From NCBI GenBank assembly GCA_036172245.1, contig JAYWIR010000020.1, positions 3,162,001 through 3,226,000 on the forward strand: DNA of 64,000 nt, given 5' to 3'. The notes below the pieces were generated by a model. That model made no database searches, was not told the origin of the DNA, and saw nothing but the letters and a program-made list of their open reading frames with translations. Below, piece by piece: positions 1 to 13,200 of this stretch. A program made the position numbers and the translations under genes. Source of the stretch: Raillietiella orientalis (lineage: Eukaryota). Numbering within the stretch: position 1 is the first letter of the stretch; the number at the start of each line of letters is the position of its first letter.

Positions 1-1216
1 TGCAGCTTCGACCGTCCGTCCGGGAGGAGTCCCGGATCAGATGAGTCAGATCTCCGATAAGTTTTAGAGAACATAAAGTGCGAGATGGAAGCGCCAGGGA
101 GGAGCCAGGGTTTAGAAGGCTTCGATGTGGCGCCATCTGGTCGAGAGCAGCTGGGAGTTTGGAAATTTCGAGAGTCAGCAAGCAACGCCTCCACAGGCAT
201 TCCGGGAAATTCTTTTACACGGGCAGAGATGGTTCGGAAAAACAACCGAGTGTTTGCATAAAGCATCCTGAATTTTTGAAACCGAGGTCCGGGGTAAGCG
301 ATAAGAAAGAGATGCTGCGAATCTGAACCTTCTTTCCGATAACATTCTTCGTTCCGAGCAGTTTGCAGCAATGCACCGGATAAGTCCATTCATCAGAGCC
401 TCTGAACAAAGAGAGACCAACACGAAAAGCACCACAACGCCACCTCCATTCGCAGTCTTGAGGACAAAGAAGAGTCTGAATGAGCTTTAGGAAGACCGTC
501 GACGGTGCTCTGTGATCGGTAGAGATCAGCATAAGCCGGCTGAGCTGCGTTCTCACGGCGATTCCGCGACCCTTAGTCGAAATCGACAGCACGAACGAAC
601 CGCTGAAGGGATGAAACGTCTTCCAAATGGTCAACAAAGTCACAGAAAACAAAGCCCAACGAAGCCTCACAAATTCGTTAGAGTACATTGTGGTGGTTCT
701 GTTGGTTCCCAGATTTAAAAAAAAATTAAAAATAAAGGAGCAAAAAATAAATAAATAGATAAATTGCCCCTTCGAGAGAACCTGTTCTTATTTTCAAGAC
801 GTTCTAGAAATTTTAGAAAAAATTACGAAGATATCTCTGAGTCCCTTTTGGACGCACACAGGCACGTGTGTATCTGGATGAAGACTCTGAGAAATGAGAA
901 AATGCAAGCCATGCTAGGGACTCGCCAGATACTTCCGCATTATCTTGAATATACGTACGACCCCCGAAATGCAGCTATCTGTGAGCACCAAAGGATAATT
1001 CATCAGGATCTTTGATACTATTATGATTTTCACGAAACTCCTCCAATGACGGAGAAAGCGCAACCTATCGTTGGCCTATACTACGTGACGCCCATTCTTT
1101 CAGAACCGAAGAATTTGCAACCAAAGAGGACAAAGACTAACGCTAATTCGCGACTCTCTGTGTTTTTATTCCTCATTGTGATGGAGCGTGTTTAACCTTC
1201 TGGACTCTTTTTTCAG

Positions 1217-4200
1217 ATCTAGTTGGCCTCCCTGACTATGAAGAAGGAAACATATCTCCTTGGGGATTGGTGTTGATGAAGGACTCTTCTCTTCTGATTG
1301 ATTCCAATCAGACTTCTCAACTGGACCAGAGATACGTGACCAGTAAAGTGATGTACTCCATTTCACACCAGGTATTAAAGTGTTTTGTGATCCGGAATTG
1401 TGGAAAATGGGGGATCAGAAGTAGAATGAGAAATTCCATACCCTTTCCTGGACAAGGAGGCATAGTACTCATTTTCGAATCTGTTTAACGTTGTTGGATG
1501 AGATCATGGATGATGATGACTTCTATCAACGTTTATAAGATAAACCTAATTTTTGTATACAAAGCTTGCATAAGATCGTTGCAAGGTGCCAGACAGTGAA
1601 AGTGCCACTCTTGACGGATCGCTCAAGAGCCATCCACGGAAATGTGCTTTCACTTGATATCTGACGCTGTGAATGGGACTTTATTGATCTCAGAGTGAAT
1701 CCTGTAAGGCCGGTTGCAAATTGCTTAGGCCATTCGGGATTGACAGCTATGAGAAAAGTCCAGAGCTTTTCGTAGTTTAGGAAAAACAGAAAATTTTTAG
1801 GAAGTGCAGAAGGTGCAAAAGGCCTCCGCTAGTGACCTAGGGAAAGAAAAAAATCACGAGGCAAGAGAACTTCTTAAAGATCAACAAGGGAATTTAAAGC
1901 TGAATTTAAGTCACGCAACGTCGAATACTACCTGTCCACTAAGTTCAAACCAAAATCGAAAAAGGGAAACGGCAAAAAAAAAAGAGAAGTGTTCTATTAT
2001 GACCCGTGCAAATACGCAAATTTCACTTCTCATTGCGAATTGGGGCTGAATGACGTCACATTTTAGCCCAATCGAGTAAGATGTAATTAGGCTGCTCAGA
2101 TAAGTACAGCATGCCATCCATGTCTGCCCATTACGTGAACGCAGTGATTCAAGATTCAGCGCTTCCCTGGAAGATCATCCACCAATAGCAACGCTGAGTT
2201 GCCACGGTGGTCGCTGCCAGTGGGTGGGTGCTGCTTTGGAAGATCAGACCAGAGGAATACCTCTGGTCTGGTCTGATCTTCCAGAAGCCTCTGATTGTAT
2301 CTGTCTGTTCCTCTGGTTTGTTTATCTTGCCAAGACTAATCACTGGTAGCATCCGCGATCCGCCGAAGTTCACCGTAGGAAAAGACTGCAAATACCTCCT
2401 GAATGCAGAAGGAAGCAAGATCAAACATTGTGTCCATTTCCTCTGGAGAGAGCGAGCACACACCCGAAAATGCCACGCGAGAGTGACGCATGAAACTTTG
2501 CAAACATGGGCAGAAGTTTCATGCGTGTGCTGGATCGAATTCCTGAACACTCCACTAAGGTAACAAAGATGTCTGCGATGACATAACATTACATAACCTT
2601 CTCGTGATAACTGCTCGCTCCATCGTTCGGAAGCTGCAAATTCTCAAGGGGAAGCCGAGAAGGATGAACGTGACAAGAGATGCTGGAGCATAAGCACAAG
2701 GGATGACGAAGCAAGCCGAAAACCGAAAGCCTGAAAAATGGTCCGATACGGACAGCAAACCAAAACTACGAGATGAAGCGACGAACCGATAAAGAAATGA
2801 CTCACAGCATATGGAAGAGAGGCTCTTAAGAAATGAAAAAAAAAAAAAAGGAATGAAGAGGGAAGCAACTGGCCACTAATCAAGAAGCAGGAGCAGACAG
2901 TCTTAATAGCATTCATAACACACGGTGTCAACATCATGAACACACGATGTTTACACGAAGAATTAAAGAAACCCCCATTCAGGATACATCTCCTGGGATG
3001 CATGCATCGGCTAGCAGGAACGTTATCAGAAATCAACAAAAGCACTCAAGAGGTGGTTCTCAGAAGTCCGAGAGGACGGTGAAGTCACATCCTGGATCCA
3101 AGAAACACCAAATGGCAGACCGGTCACCAAAGTCAAGAAAACGAAGCTTATGAAGATGTCCAAGAGTGTCTTGTTTGGCTGACCAGAAAAAAGCGGCGCA
3201 GTCTTGCTGATGCTCTGCAAAACAGCCAAAAAGGCGAACATCCTCAGATTGCGGCGAAGTCCTTGGGCATACGTAATATTTTCTTCTACTCATCAGCAGT
3301 TCACTCCCAGTTCCCACCGTGTCTGATTCAGATGTTTAGAACTTTGCATATACATGAGGTCTCATGGAAGCAAAAGGAAGAAAGCCTTGAATGACCCCTC
3401 GTTCTTTTGGCCACTTCAATCTCAAGTCCAGAGGATTGGATTGCATTTGAGTTTACCTGTTTAAAGGAGGTTCTCGATGAACATCTTCCATGCCCGTGAC
3501 ATCAGACTTTACATCTAGAAGCAACTGGTCAATCAACAAGCTTAGCATTTTCCCGTTCATTGAGAAAAAAAGAGAGAATGATCTGTCGATTCGTTAGAAA
3601 AAAAAAAAAAAACAAATCTCGCCAAGTGTAGAATGCGGAATGAGATGGAACGCCTACGATGCATTTCAATTGGTTTCCTATTAGACACTGTTGAGGAACG
3701 TTTCCTTCTACGCCTTATCCTTCTGTGACAATGAAACCTTCAGCTGATTTGCTCTCAGAATGTTACGAAAGTAAACAGCAAATCTCAGCACACTGGCAAA
3801 CCAGAAGAAAAATAAAAGAGAGTGATGGCTGTCATGTGGAGAGAGGACGAAATATGAAAGGGCAATAGGTGAAAGAAGTGTACGTGCTATAGGTGAAGAA
3901 TGAAAGTGTAGAGAAGGGAGCGAAACTTCCCTCTCTTCTTCCCTCTTCCCCTACCTTCTACATGGATTTGTTTGCAAAGCAGAGGGTCAGTCAAAGAGCA
4001 GCGAGCAGGAAGTGTTGCTGTCAATCTGAATCCACTGGAGGCTGGCTCCCTCATTCCGTAATGGGAATTTCAGGATACTTCCGAGAGTATAGTGGCTGCT
4101 TATCGCCTGATCGTGCGATAAGCAAAGAACAAGTCTGAGTAGCTGCCTCGAGATGAAACGACGGAAGTCGCTGAGCACCCGGAGTGCTCAAGATGAATTG

Positions 4201-7200
4201 CTTCGTCGCTGATTATACATCGAAGTCCAGGTCAGGAGACCCAGATAGATCGCAATGCCATCAGCACCTTCATCATCAAAGTACAGGAAAAAAAAGAAGA
4301 AAAGACGGTCCTTTAGGAAAATTACAAATGAAACAACACACCATCCACACGAAGGAACGAAAATTTTACCCTGGCTGGGGAGCGCAAGGGATGCTTTTCT
4401 TTTGTTGGAGAGGTTGGTTGCGGCTGCTCTGGCAGTGCGCTCGGAAGGCGGTGGGCCAGTGAAGGAAGAGGAGGACAGGAAGAGGTTCCAAGAAGGGAAA
4501 GAAGGAGCTGCAATGTCGTTTAAAATTGAAAGAGTGCCTTCGTCGTGGGCCAAACTCTTTAGAATGCACTGGAACGTTTCCGCTCCGCAGGCAACGATGA
4601 CGAGGGGCACTCGAACGGCGAGAGGATCATGAAGCGTGAATGCAAATAAGCAGACCTGTGTAAGGTCAAGAATGAGGTCAAGACAAGAACAGTCGAATGA
4701 GAGAAGAGACGATCGAGCAGAAGTTGGACAGACGGCGAGGAGGAGCAGTGCTGGATCTCCCTCCAAATCCCTCACAAACTACAGAAGACTCTTCGACATT
4801 CAAGAAAGTCTTCCCAAGAGGAAATTCAGGACCCGAGTCGAAAATCCGTCTTAATAAACGGGCAGAGAGTGCCAACACGCCGAATCGAGCGAATAATGCT
4901 GTTGAATGAACACCTTCACCGTACTGCAACGTTGGATGGAGACGCCAGGAATCGCTGTGTCGCTGTGGTCCGTGATCCAGCGTTTCGGAAAAATCCTCTC
5001 AGTCATTGTAGCCGACTGTCCCCATTGTCTGTAGCTTGAAGCACAGCGAAGCGCTCAAGAAGTTTTGACTGTACTGATTGACAAGCCCCATTTATTATCA
5101 ATGACAAAGCTGTTCAAGGGCGCTCTGAAAGTCCGCTACGAAGAAAGCGCTCAGGTCTTCGTCCGCCGCTGGGATGGTACATTCTTCTTTTGCCTACTCC
5201 CCTTTCTATTTTGCGCTGCAAAAAATCAGGGATCCTGAAGACGAAACCTATCCAAAGCTCGCCTTTCGTTTTCAGTGGTTCGGAAATGTGGTTTCTATGA
5301 AGAGCTGGAGCAGCGAGTGGCTCAACGAAGGAATAGCTATTTTGATGCAGCATTTAGCAATGGAAAAAATCAGACCTCAGTGGATGCCCACGAGCGGCTT
5401 CTTTATCAACACGCTCTTTCCTGCGTTAGACGAAGACGCTCTGTTCGTAGGAAACTCTTTGAAAGATGGTGACGCGAGGAGTTCCTTCAACGAATCATAC
5501 CGAATATCTCGCCAAAAGGTGAGTGAGGTGAAAATGAGGTGACACCGCACCATCCCTTCCATGTTTTTTCCAGGGAGCAAACCTGCTGATGATGCTAAGA
5601 AGCCTCGTCGGAGACATCACCTTTGGCAGGGGGCTGAACAAGTTCTTGAAGAAATTCGAGTTTCAGACCGCGAGCGTAGACGCCTTCTGGGAGTGCATGC
5701 AAGAAGCCCATTCCGCCGTGAATGGCAGCATTGACATCAAGGTAACCGCTTTGCCGCAGACCAACAGCTCGCACTCGGCGTACGCCAGTCCCTGGCTTGT
5801 GGCGAAATGGCACGCGAACGCATCCTGCTAGGACGAGATGGGCACAGCGCATGGGGACGCACCAGGAAGAGATATGCTCGCTCGTGAGCACTGGGGCTAC
5901 GTCATTTCGCGAACCGGAACTACGCAAGCACCAAGAAGGCGCGCGCGAAGACGTGGCCGCTGGCCACGTTGATGAACTCCTTAGGGGCAAGGCAAGGAGT
6001 GATTCGATTCACCCTCTGCCTCTGAGTGATGTTTCCGTTCGTGCTCAATCAGGGTTCCCAGCGCTGCTTAACACTAATTTCAAACCGATTAGCTCTGCAA
6101 CTAACCAACAGAGCCATCGTCGACGGCTGGTACTCTCCGGTTGCTGGCATCACGTTGCAGAGTGAAATCGCGCAACTCCTCATCAACAGCTTTGGTGTAG
6201 AAGGTGAAGTAGATCGTGAGCAGATCCGCTTGATCTCATCTGCACGCACGTCCTGCTCTCGCACCTCCTCCTGGGTGCGCTTTTCCTCGTTCCACTGAAT
6301 TTCCATGCAAGAGGAACTACTGCCTTGAACTCTTACTGTCTTGGTAGGGAGCCTCGAACCTCTTCGCCCTGGTTGTCTCCGAAGGGAACCTCTTCTTCCC
6401 GATTCTCTCCCGAGGGACCCCAAAATGTGGGGTCGCTCCTTGTTTTACTCCTCCGAAGAGAACCCTCAAGGCATGCTTCCCAGTTTCTCTGAAGGGCGCT
6501 CCTCTTACACCCTGGAAAGGTGAAAGGAGCCGGCTGAAACCCGGAAGGGGGTATCAGCCAGCTCCATGGTACGCGATAAAGGGTCCACCCGAAGGAGGCG
6601 GAGACGCATAAATCCTCGCAATCGAGGAACCTCGAAAGGCTCCTCGATTCCTGGAAGGACTCCGGAGAGTCGACTTCCGATCTTGGCCACTCAACGGAAG
6701 CATCCGGTTTCCAGCTTCCACGAGTGTCGCCGCACCCGAAGTCTATCGTCCAACCAGTGTCATCTTGCGGGGGGCACTTGGAACCCCCCCAACACGCACC
6801 CATTTCTCTGGCTGTCGATCGTCCACGTGGGGATTGGAACCCGTAACGCTTGGCACCACGAGCCACACGGGCGCCATACGGGCGCCAACGGGAGCCTCAG
6901 CCAACAGTTGACTCGCTTTCATCCGCGATCCTCGGCTGCCAGTGGTCGTGCGCTCTTGCCGGGAAGCTTCAGTGCGGCAGCGATGTGCCCGAAGGCGTCG
7001 TTCACGGAGCTGCCCGTGGCCTTGCTCGAAGTGCCGAAACAGCGACTCTCTGCAGAGATGCCGTGGCTCTCTTCCTCCCGTTTCGGCTTATTACCTGCTT
7101 TCGTGCCAGCCTTCGTGGCTTTGTCCACCTTCTTTACGGTGTCACCACTTACCAGATTCGCGAGCCGACATGCCCTTCTTCATCGGAACTAGGTGAACGC

Positions 7201-10200
7201 GGCGCAGTTGACGGCGGTGTCTAGCAACACCTTCCCACCCGCTTCAAGGTTGCACCAACACCTTCAAGGTTGCACCCGCTTCAAGGTTGTTTCTCCAACG
7301 ACCTCTCCTCCTCTTGACCAAGAAGGTGGACCTGTTACCATGCTTTTGTTCTTGGACTTAGAAAATGATGAACACCTGGGTGTTGCAAAGAGGATTCCCG
7401 GTTTTATACGTCGAAATCGACAGCATCCGAGGGAGAATCTCTTTCGAGCAGCAACCCTTTTTATTCTACCTGGAGCACGATGAAGTCAGCACGGACATCT
7501 ACAACCCCTTAGGATTCATCTGGCATCTTCCGGTGTCTTGCACGACAGATCTGAACGAGAACTTCATCTTCCTGCTAACAACTCCGTCAGGTGAGTTCTT
7601 TCGTGTTCGTCCCCACTCCCTGAAACGGGAAGATCCGGAGGAAGGTTTCATTTTCCAGAACTCAGCCACCGCCCTCTCCAAACAGTGCTCAGTCAAGGGA
7701 AGAGCCAAGCTCGCTTTTCTTTTGCTTGAGTCTAAAAAAAAAAAAAAAAAAGATTCCCGAATCCGTACTCACTGAGCACGAGAGGCTGGAAAGCATGGCT
7801 TCTCCATTCGCCTTCTTGAGGAATACCCCGTCTGGTTGAAGGGGATTCCTCAATTCCTACCTCTTCCCCGAGTTCGTCTGTTCCCCTCGTTTTCGATCTT
7901 TACTCGTTCTCTCTGTGAGCAGCTGCTCTCAACCCTAGAGTGGATGGGTGGCGCTCTCGATCCAGAGGAGAGTGGGAAGAATTGCTAGAAAAAAAGAAAG
8001 AATGAATGGATGAATGGGTGAATGACCTTTTTTGAATTCAGAAAAGAAGAAGCTGAAGTTCGGGACCAAGTGGGTGAGATGCAACGGCACCCACTTTTAC
8101 CGCGTTTCCTACAATCGGAAAAACTGGAAAGCTCTGGAGGATGCGATAAGCAGCCAGGAAGAACGCATCGGCAACGTGGATCTCGCGAGGATGATGGACG
8201 ACTCCTTCGCCCTGACACTGTAAGCTGCCTCCACCGCCGCCGCGCGCTGACGCTAAGATACTGAAATTCAGACCCAACAAAGCGGAGCTGAGGCAGGTGC
8301 TCGGCCTGTTGCACCTACTGCCCACCAACGTCACCGACTCGGACTGGATCGTGTGGAAGGAAGCCCTCCGCATCTTCTACGTCATCAACCGAAGGCTCTA
8401 CCTGACGGAGCCCACCAGATTCAAGTGGAAGGAATACTGGAGGCGCACCATCGAGCCTCTGTACTTGGCCCTGGGGTGGAAAGACGAGGGATCCGACCTG
8501 ATCAGGTTTGCGGATTGGTCAGGCCTGGTCTTCCGCCATCGGGGAACAGCCCGCGCTCTTTGGATGGGGCGCCTCCTCTTCTTTCCTCTTGGTTTTCCTC
8601 CCCATTTTCCGAATGAGGAAGTCCGCAGCGGATTCTCCCATGGGCTTGCCTCTCCCTCTCTCTCTCTTATCGGGGCTGTCGGGAGTGAAGATTGCAGTGG
8701 GACCCCGCCGGGGCGCCTGTCCTAATTTTGGCCATTTGCTTCGCACTGTGCCGGGAGAGGGCATCGCTGCCGAGCGGAGGCAGTCCACTTCCTGGTGGAG
8801 GTCCTCACCGCTTGGCTGCTCAGCAGGGATGGGTGCAAGAGGCTGGTTGCTTTCCTCGGGTTCAGGATTTCGCGAGGGGCCGCATTCAGTGAAGGGGGGG
8901 CGAAGGAGTTACTCACTGCCTTCTCCCAGTCTCGGGTCTGGATTCGGGAAGATGGGAAGGGAATTCCTTTTTTTGCTGGTACGCGGGGGAAAGCGGAAAG
9001 CGTTGCGGCTATGGAACAAGACGGAGCCAGCGACTACAAAAGCTCTGGGAGTTCTCGTCTTTGCTTCTCATCTTTCCGAGACTCTCTTATGAGCCAGAGA
9101 AGATCCTTTCAAGTCCGAGTGATTGAATCCACGAAGGCTGAATGAAGTGCAGTCAGGGACGAAGTGCAGAAGGAGATTCCACTCTCTTGGAAGCCATCCC
9201 ACAGAGCTAACATTGCATGAGGTTCGAGGAAAAACAGGGAGGTGTCCCTATTTCTACTATTTTGAGATCTCCCGTGGATTCTACCCCCTCACCTCCACCT
9301 CCTCTTCTGGATTCTGTTAGAAACGACCAGATGCAGCATGCTCCAATCGCAGCATTCCCGTGAACTGGAAGTTGAAATGGGGAAACTAGGACATGGAGCA
9401 GAATTTCCTTGGGAAGAGGAGGAGGAATCAGATTCGCTAGTGTCTCCGAAGAGAGTTCAGCGATGGAGGAAAATAGATGTGGCATTCCGTACCCGTTCTT
9501 GCAGAAGGCTGGAACGAACGCACGTATCAGACGTGGACGGGAGCGCTGCCATGGTGACGTGACTTCCTACTGTCCTGTTTCCGTGAAAACCCCCAGATGA
9601 AAACCATGGCCTTCTTGAGGGACCGCAGTCCGTCCTAAGCAGAGCCATAACTTCTCTCTGCGCTGGCGATGAGATCGGAAGACCTCATCGCCAGCGTCTC
9701 TCCTTGCTCCGTCCGCCATATTTTCACTTCGTTGCTTGCTCTCAGCTACCTCATCTCTTCCTCCTGCACCCAAGCCTAGGAGAGAGAGAAGTCCAGGGAT
9801 GTTCCTTTTCTCTCCGTCCTCAAGCTGTTTGTGCTTTTCCCCTCTGGAGGACGCACCACCCCAGAAGACTCCCTACGGAAAGCTTTCGCCACCTGTCGCT
9901 GAAAAGCTGGAGGCTTCCTGAGATTCAGGGAACAGTCTCCACTCTTCCCTCTCAAGAAGTGTCCGTGAGGCGGATGTCCGAGGAAGAAAACGGCTCCGTT
10001 TTGCAGGTTGTAACGGAGTGCGTTCGCTCCCGATCGATGGTTCTTCGCCACTGAAACTCTGGACTCCCGTGAAAGGGGAAACGGAGCTCATGCCCAGACA
10101 CGCAGGCAGGCGAGGGAGGATGGAGGTCGCTTACGGGTTCCGCTTCCTCGGAGGGAATCCCTCTTTCCTTGCTGCGCCCAATCGGGAAACGAATCCCTAT

Positions 10201-13200
10201 TTCCGAAATTCATTCCAGGCAGCTGAGAGCCGAGGTCATCGATGTCGCCACCTACCTGAACGTGAAGTCTGCGGTCGTGAAGTCCTTGGAGTATTTTTCC
10301 AACTGGAAGGAGAAGAACCAGTCCATCCCCTCCAACTTCAGGAGCGCCGTATACAAAACCGGGATCAAGTGGGGTGGAAGACAGGAATTCTTCCACTGCT
10401 GGAGAGCATACAAGAACGCCTCCGTTGCCTCGGAGAGTAGCAGCTTAGCAGCAGCTCTTGCGGCGACTAGGGACCCAGATCTCATTCAGAAGTGAGTTCC
10501 TTCCCCCTTTTCTTCATCGGTGGTTCACCGACGCGAGGAGCTCCGCTCTCCTCTACCCCCCCGGAGCTTCCGCCCACTCTTCGAGGTAGCGAGCAAATGT
10601 TCCTGAGGGTGCCTCTTATACCGACCCGCTCACTCACCCTTTTTTTGCTGACGAGAGCGTCAGAGAGCTCCAGCCAGGAATAACCCGCCGTCCGCTTGAC
10701 CTCGGGTCATGGGAAGGGGGGGCTCCACTCACTATTTCCGCTCCGCATTCGTCGCTCCGGGAGGCGAAGACCACCCCGGACCTACGGAAAACTCTGGGCT
10801 TTCCTCCTCCCCCTCCATGCATGCTGTCCGTCTCGGGTCGACCTTGGACCACACCGGCTCTGCTTGTTCCGCCGCTCCCGCGAGAGTATTAGGCAAAAGG
10901 AGACGCAGCGCCTCGGTCCGGAAAGAGGATCCCTCTGGGGATCCGCTGCTCCCCCCTCCGAGTAAGGAAAACCCAGGGCTCTGGAGCTCGGATTTTGGAG
11001 GACATTTGAGTCTCTCTCCAGGGTCGTCGACCGCGGCACCGGCGATGCTTGCCGCATGAACGGTGAGGTCATCAGGGTTAAGGGTCGCGGTCGCCGTGGC
11101 TTAGATTGAGGAGATGCTCCTCAGGGAGCTGCGGATCGGAATAGCCTTTTCTTCTACCTCCACCCCCCTTCCCCACGGAACGGACTCTTTCCCAACTCGA
11201 GGAGGCAGATCTCGGGAGGACTGAGGATTCGGACTCTGACCCGGTCGGGCAACGACTGGAAAAAGTGGGAGTGCCGTCTACCGCGATGCCGGATGGGTGT
11301 TTGGAGGTGAAAGAAGGGGCGAAGTGGGGGTGGGAATTGATTCACCCCTTCCGAGAACGCGCGCGCGCAGGTGATATTTCCGAGCAGGTTCTCACCCCCT
11401 CACCATCTTCGCCACCCTCGGGAGTGGAAGACTGGGACACTCTCTTCAGAATGAAGGGGAAGACGACTTCTGCCTCCTGACGAGTTGGCTGCGGTGCTGA
11501 GACCCTCCAGAGATAGCCCAAGGAGCCTACTCGTTCCTATTCGCGACCAAAATCTGATACCTCGGTGGCGATCCTGCAATCCCCGCTGCTCTCTCGATTT
11601 CCGCGGAGGACCTACGCATCAGCTGCGGTCGACATGGTGGAGGCAGCAGCGAATCATCGAATTCCTCCCCCCCCTTCTCCCCTACACGCCACACCACCGG
11701 GAAAGGAGTCAGAATGGGCTCCTCGTTTCCTCAGAAACGGCAGGCAGCGCAGCCCATCCCAGCAATTCCTTCGTGCGAGAGTTTCGCTCTTGAAAGAGAT
11801 GGAAAAAAAACAGATAGTTCCTCGTCGAAATGGGGAGGGTGGTCCTAGTGGTCCTGCTGCCAGGAATCAGGAGGATGCTCACCTCATTCTCTTCTGGACT
11901 TCATCCCTGACCCCTTTCCGTGACCGCACGGCTGTTGCAGACAGGAAGCCGAACGCGACGCGCCTCGCATCCCCTGACGCTTCGCTTTCCGCGCACGCGC
12001 CGGATCGCCCCACCCGCGTCCTGTTGACACGACGGCGGCTTTGCCGGCACTTGGTGGTGGTGGCGCCTGGTTCGTAGAAGGGGAGCGCTGCGCGCCTCGG
12101 GTGCCCCAACTACCTACAGCGTAAGGTCCAGGAAACCCTCAGAGACCGCGCGCGCGCGCAGGCGTCCGCGCCATTCCCAGAGGGCTGGGACGAACGCCAG
12201 AAACGTATGTCTTTTCCCTAACGTTCGTCAACCCCGGCTGGAATGAGAGACCCATCACACCCCCCCTCGCCTGCGTTCGAGGAAGTTCGTGAAACGCCCG
12301 TCGTTCCAGCCTCCTCGAGTGGATATTCAACGAGGATCGCCTGAAGAAAGGGGACACGATACGCATCCTGAGGCATTTATCTCGAAATTCCGTCGGGAGG
12401 TTCATCGTGTGGAGGTTCGTGCGCCTGAACTGGGATAACTTTTCGAGAAAGTTCAGCTTCTATTCTTCGTCACTTGAGGAACTCATCGAAAGCGTCTTAG
12501 AGCCTATAAACACGAGGCTGGAGCTGGACGAGGTCAGTAGAATTTGGGACCAGAGGAGGGGAGGGGGTTGCACTTCGCGAACCGGCCTTCCGCCCTTCCC
12601 ATGTTCCTCCTTTCGGGAGCAAACGCAAGAAAGGTCATGGTCTCTACACGAGGACCGAATCCGCCGAGTATTCGGATTTTTCCTCGCGTTCAGTGCGGAG
12701 CGCCTGCAAGGTCAAAATCTTTCGGAGGGTGGTCCGACTGCTCGCATCCAGAAGGTTCGAAAAATATTCATTTGGGGACGATAGGACGAAGGGATACTCA
12801 CTGCACCATCTGCGGAGGCAATCGAGAGCTTTTCCGGCGACCTCCCGCGATATAAGGTTCTTTCGGCAACGTTTTCTGGATCATTCCAGCTCATCGACGC
12901 ATTTCGTGGCATCTTTGTTCACTCTGGAGGAACATCCCTGGGAGTTCAGTTCGCTGGTCAATCGTCAGGCTGGTGATCTCGAGCTAGCGTTCCTCCGTCT
13001 TCCCAATTCTCGAGCGTTGCATCTTGCGCACGCTTCAAGTGTGCTTGAAACACTTCCTTCTCTCCTTTCCTCCTTTCGGTGCTCGGATTGACTCGACGTG
13101 CTTCCTAAGCTGACCTCTCCGTCCCATCTCACGCTACCGCGGTTCCCAAAGTCTACTCGGCTTAACTCGCGAAGAGTGCAGCAGGAAGCACGCACTCACC

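Noticed and set aside
2149..2600. Possible retroelement fragment in aminopeptidase intron
   Set aside because: No diagnostic motif could be identified.
7225..7289. CRISPR-like array
   Set aside because: 11 bp units with 6-9 nt overlapping spacers in a eukaryotic intron; a simple slippage duplication.
12693..13091. Possible last exon of the aminopeptidase
   Set aside because: No phase-0 acceptor gives an M1-like C terminus; 14568-14681 fits much better.
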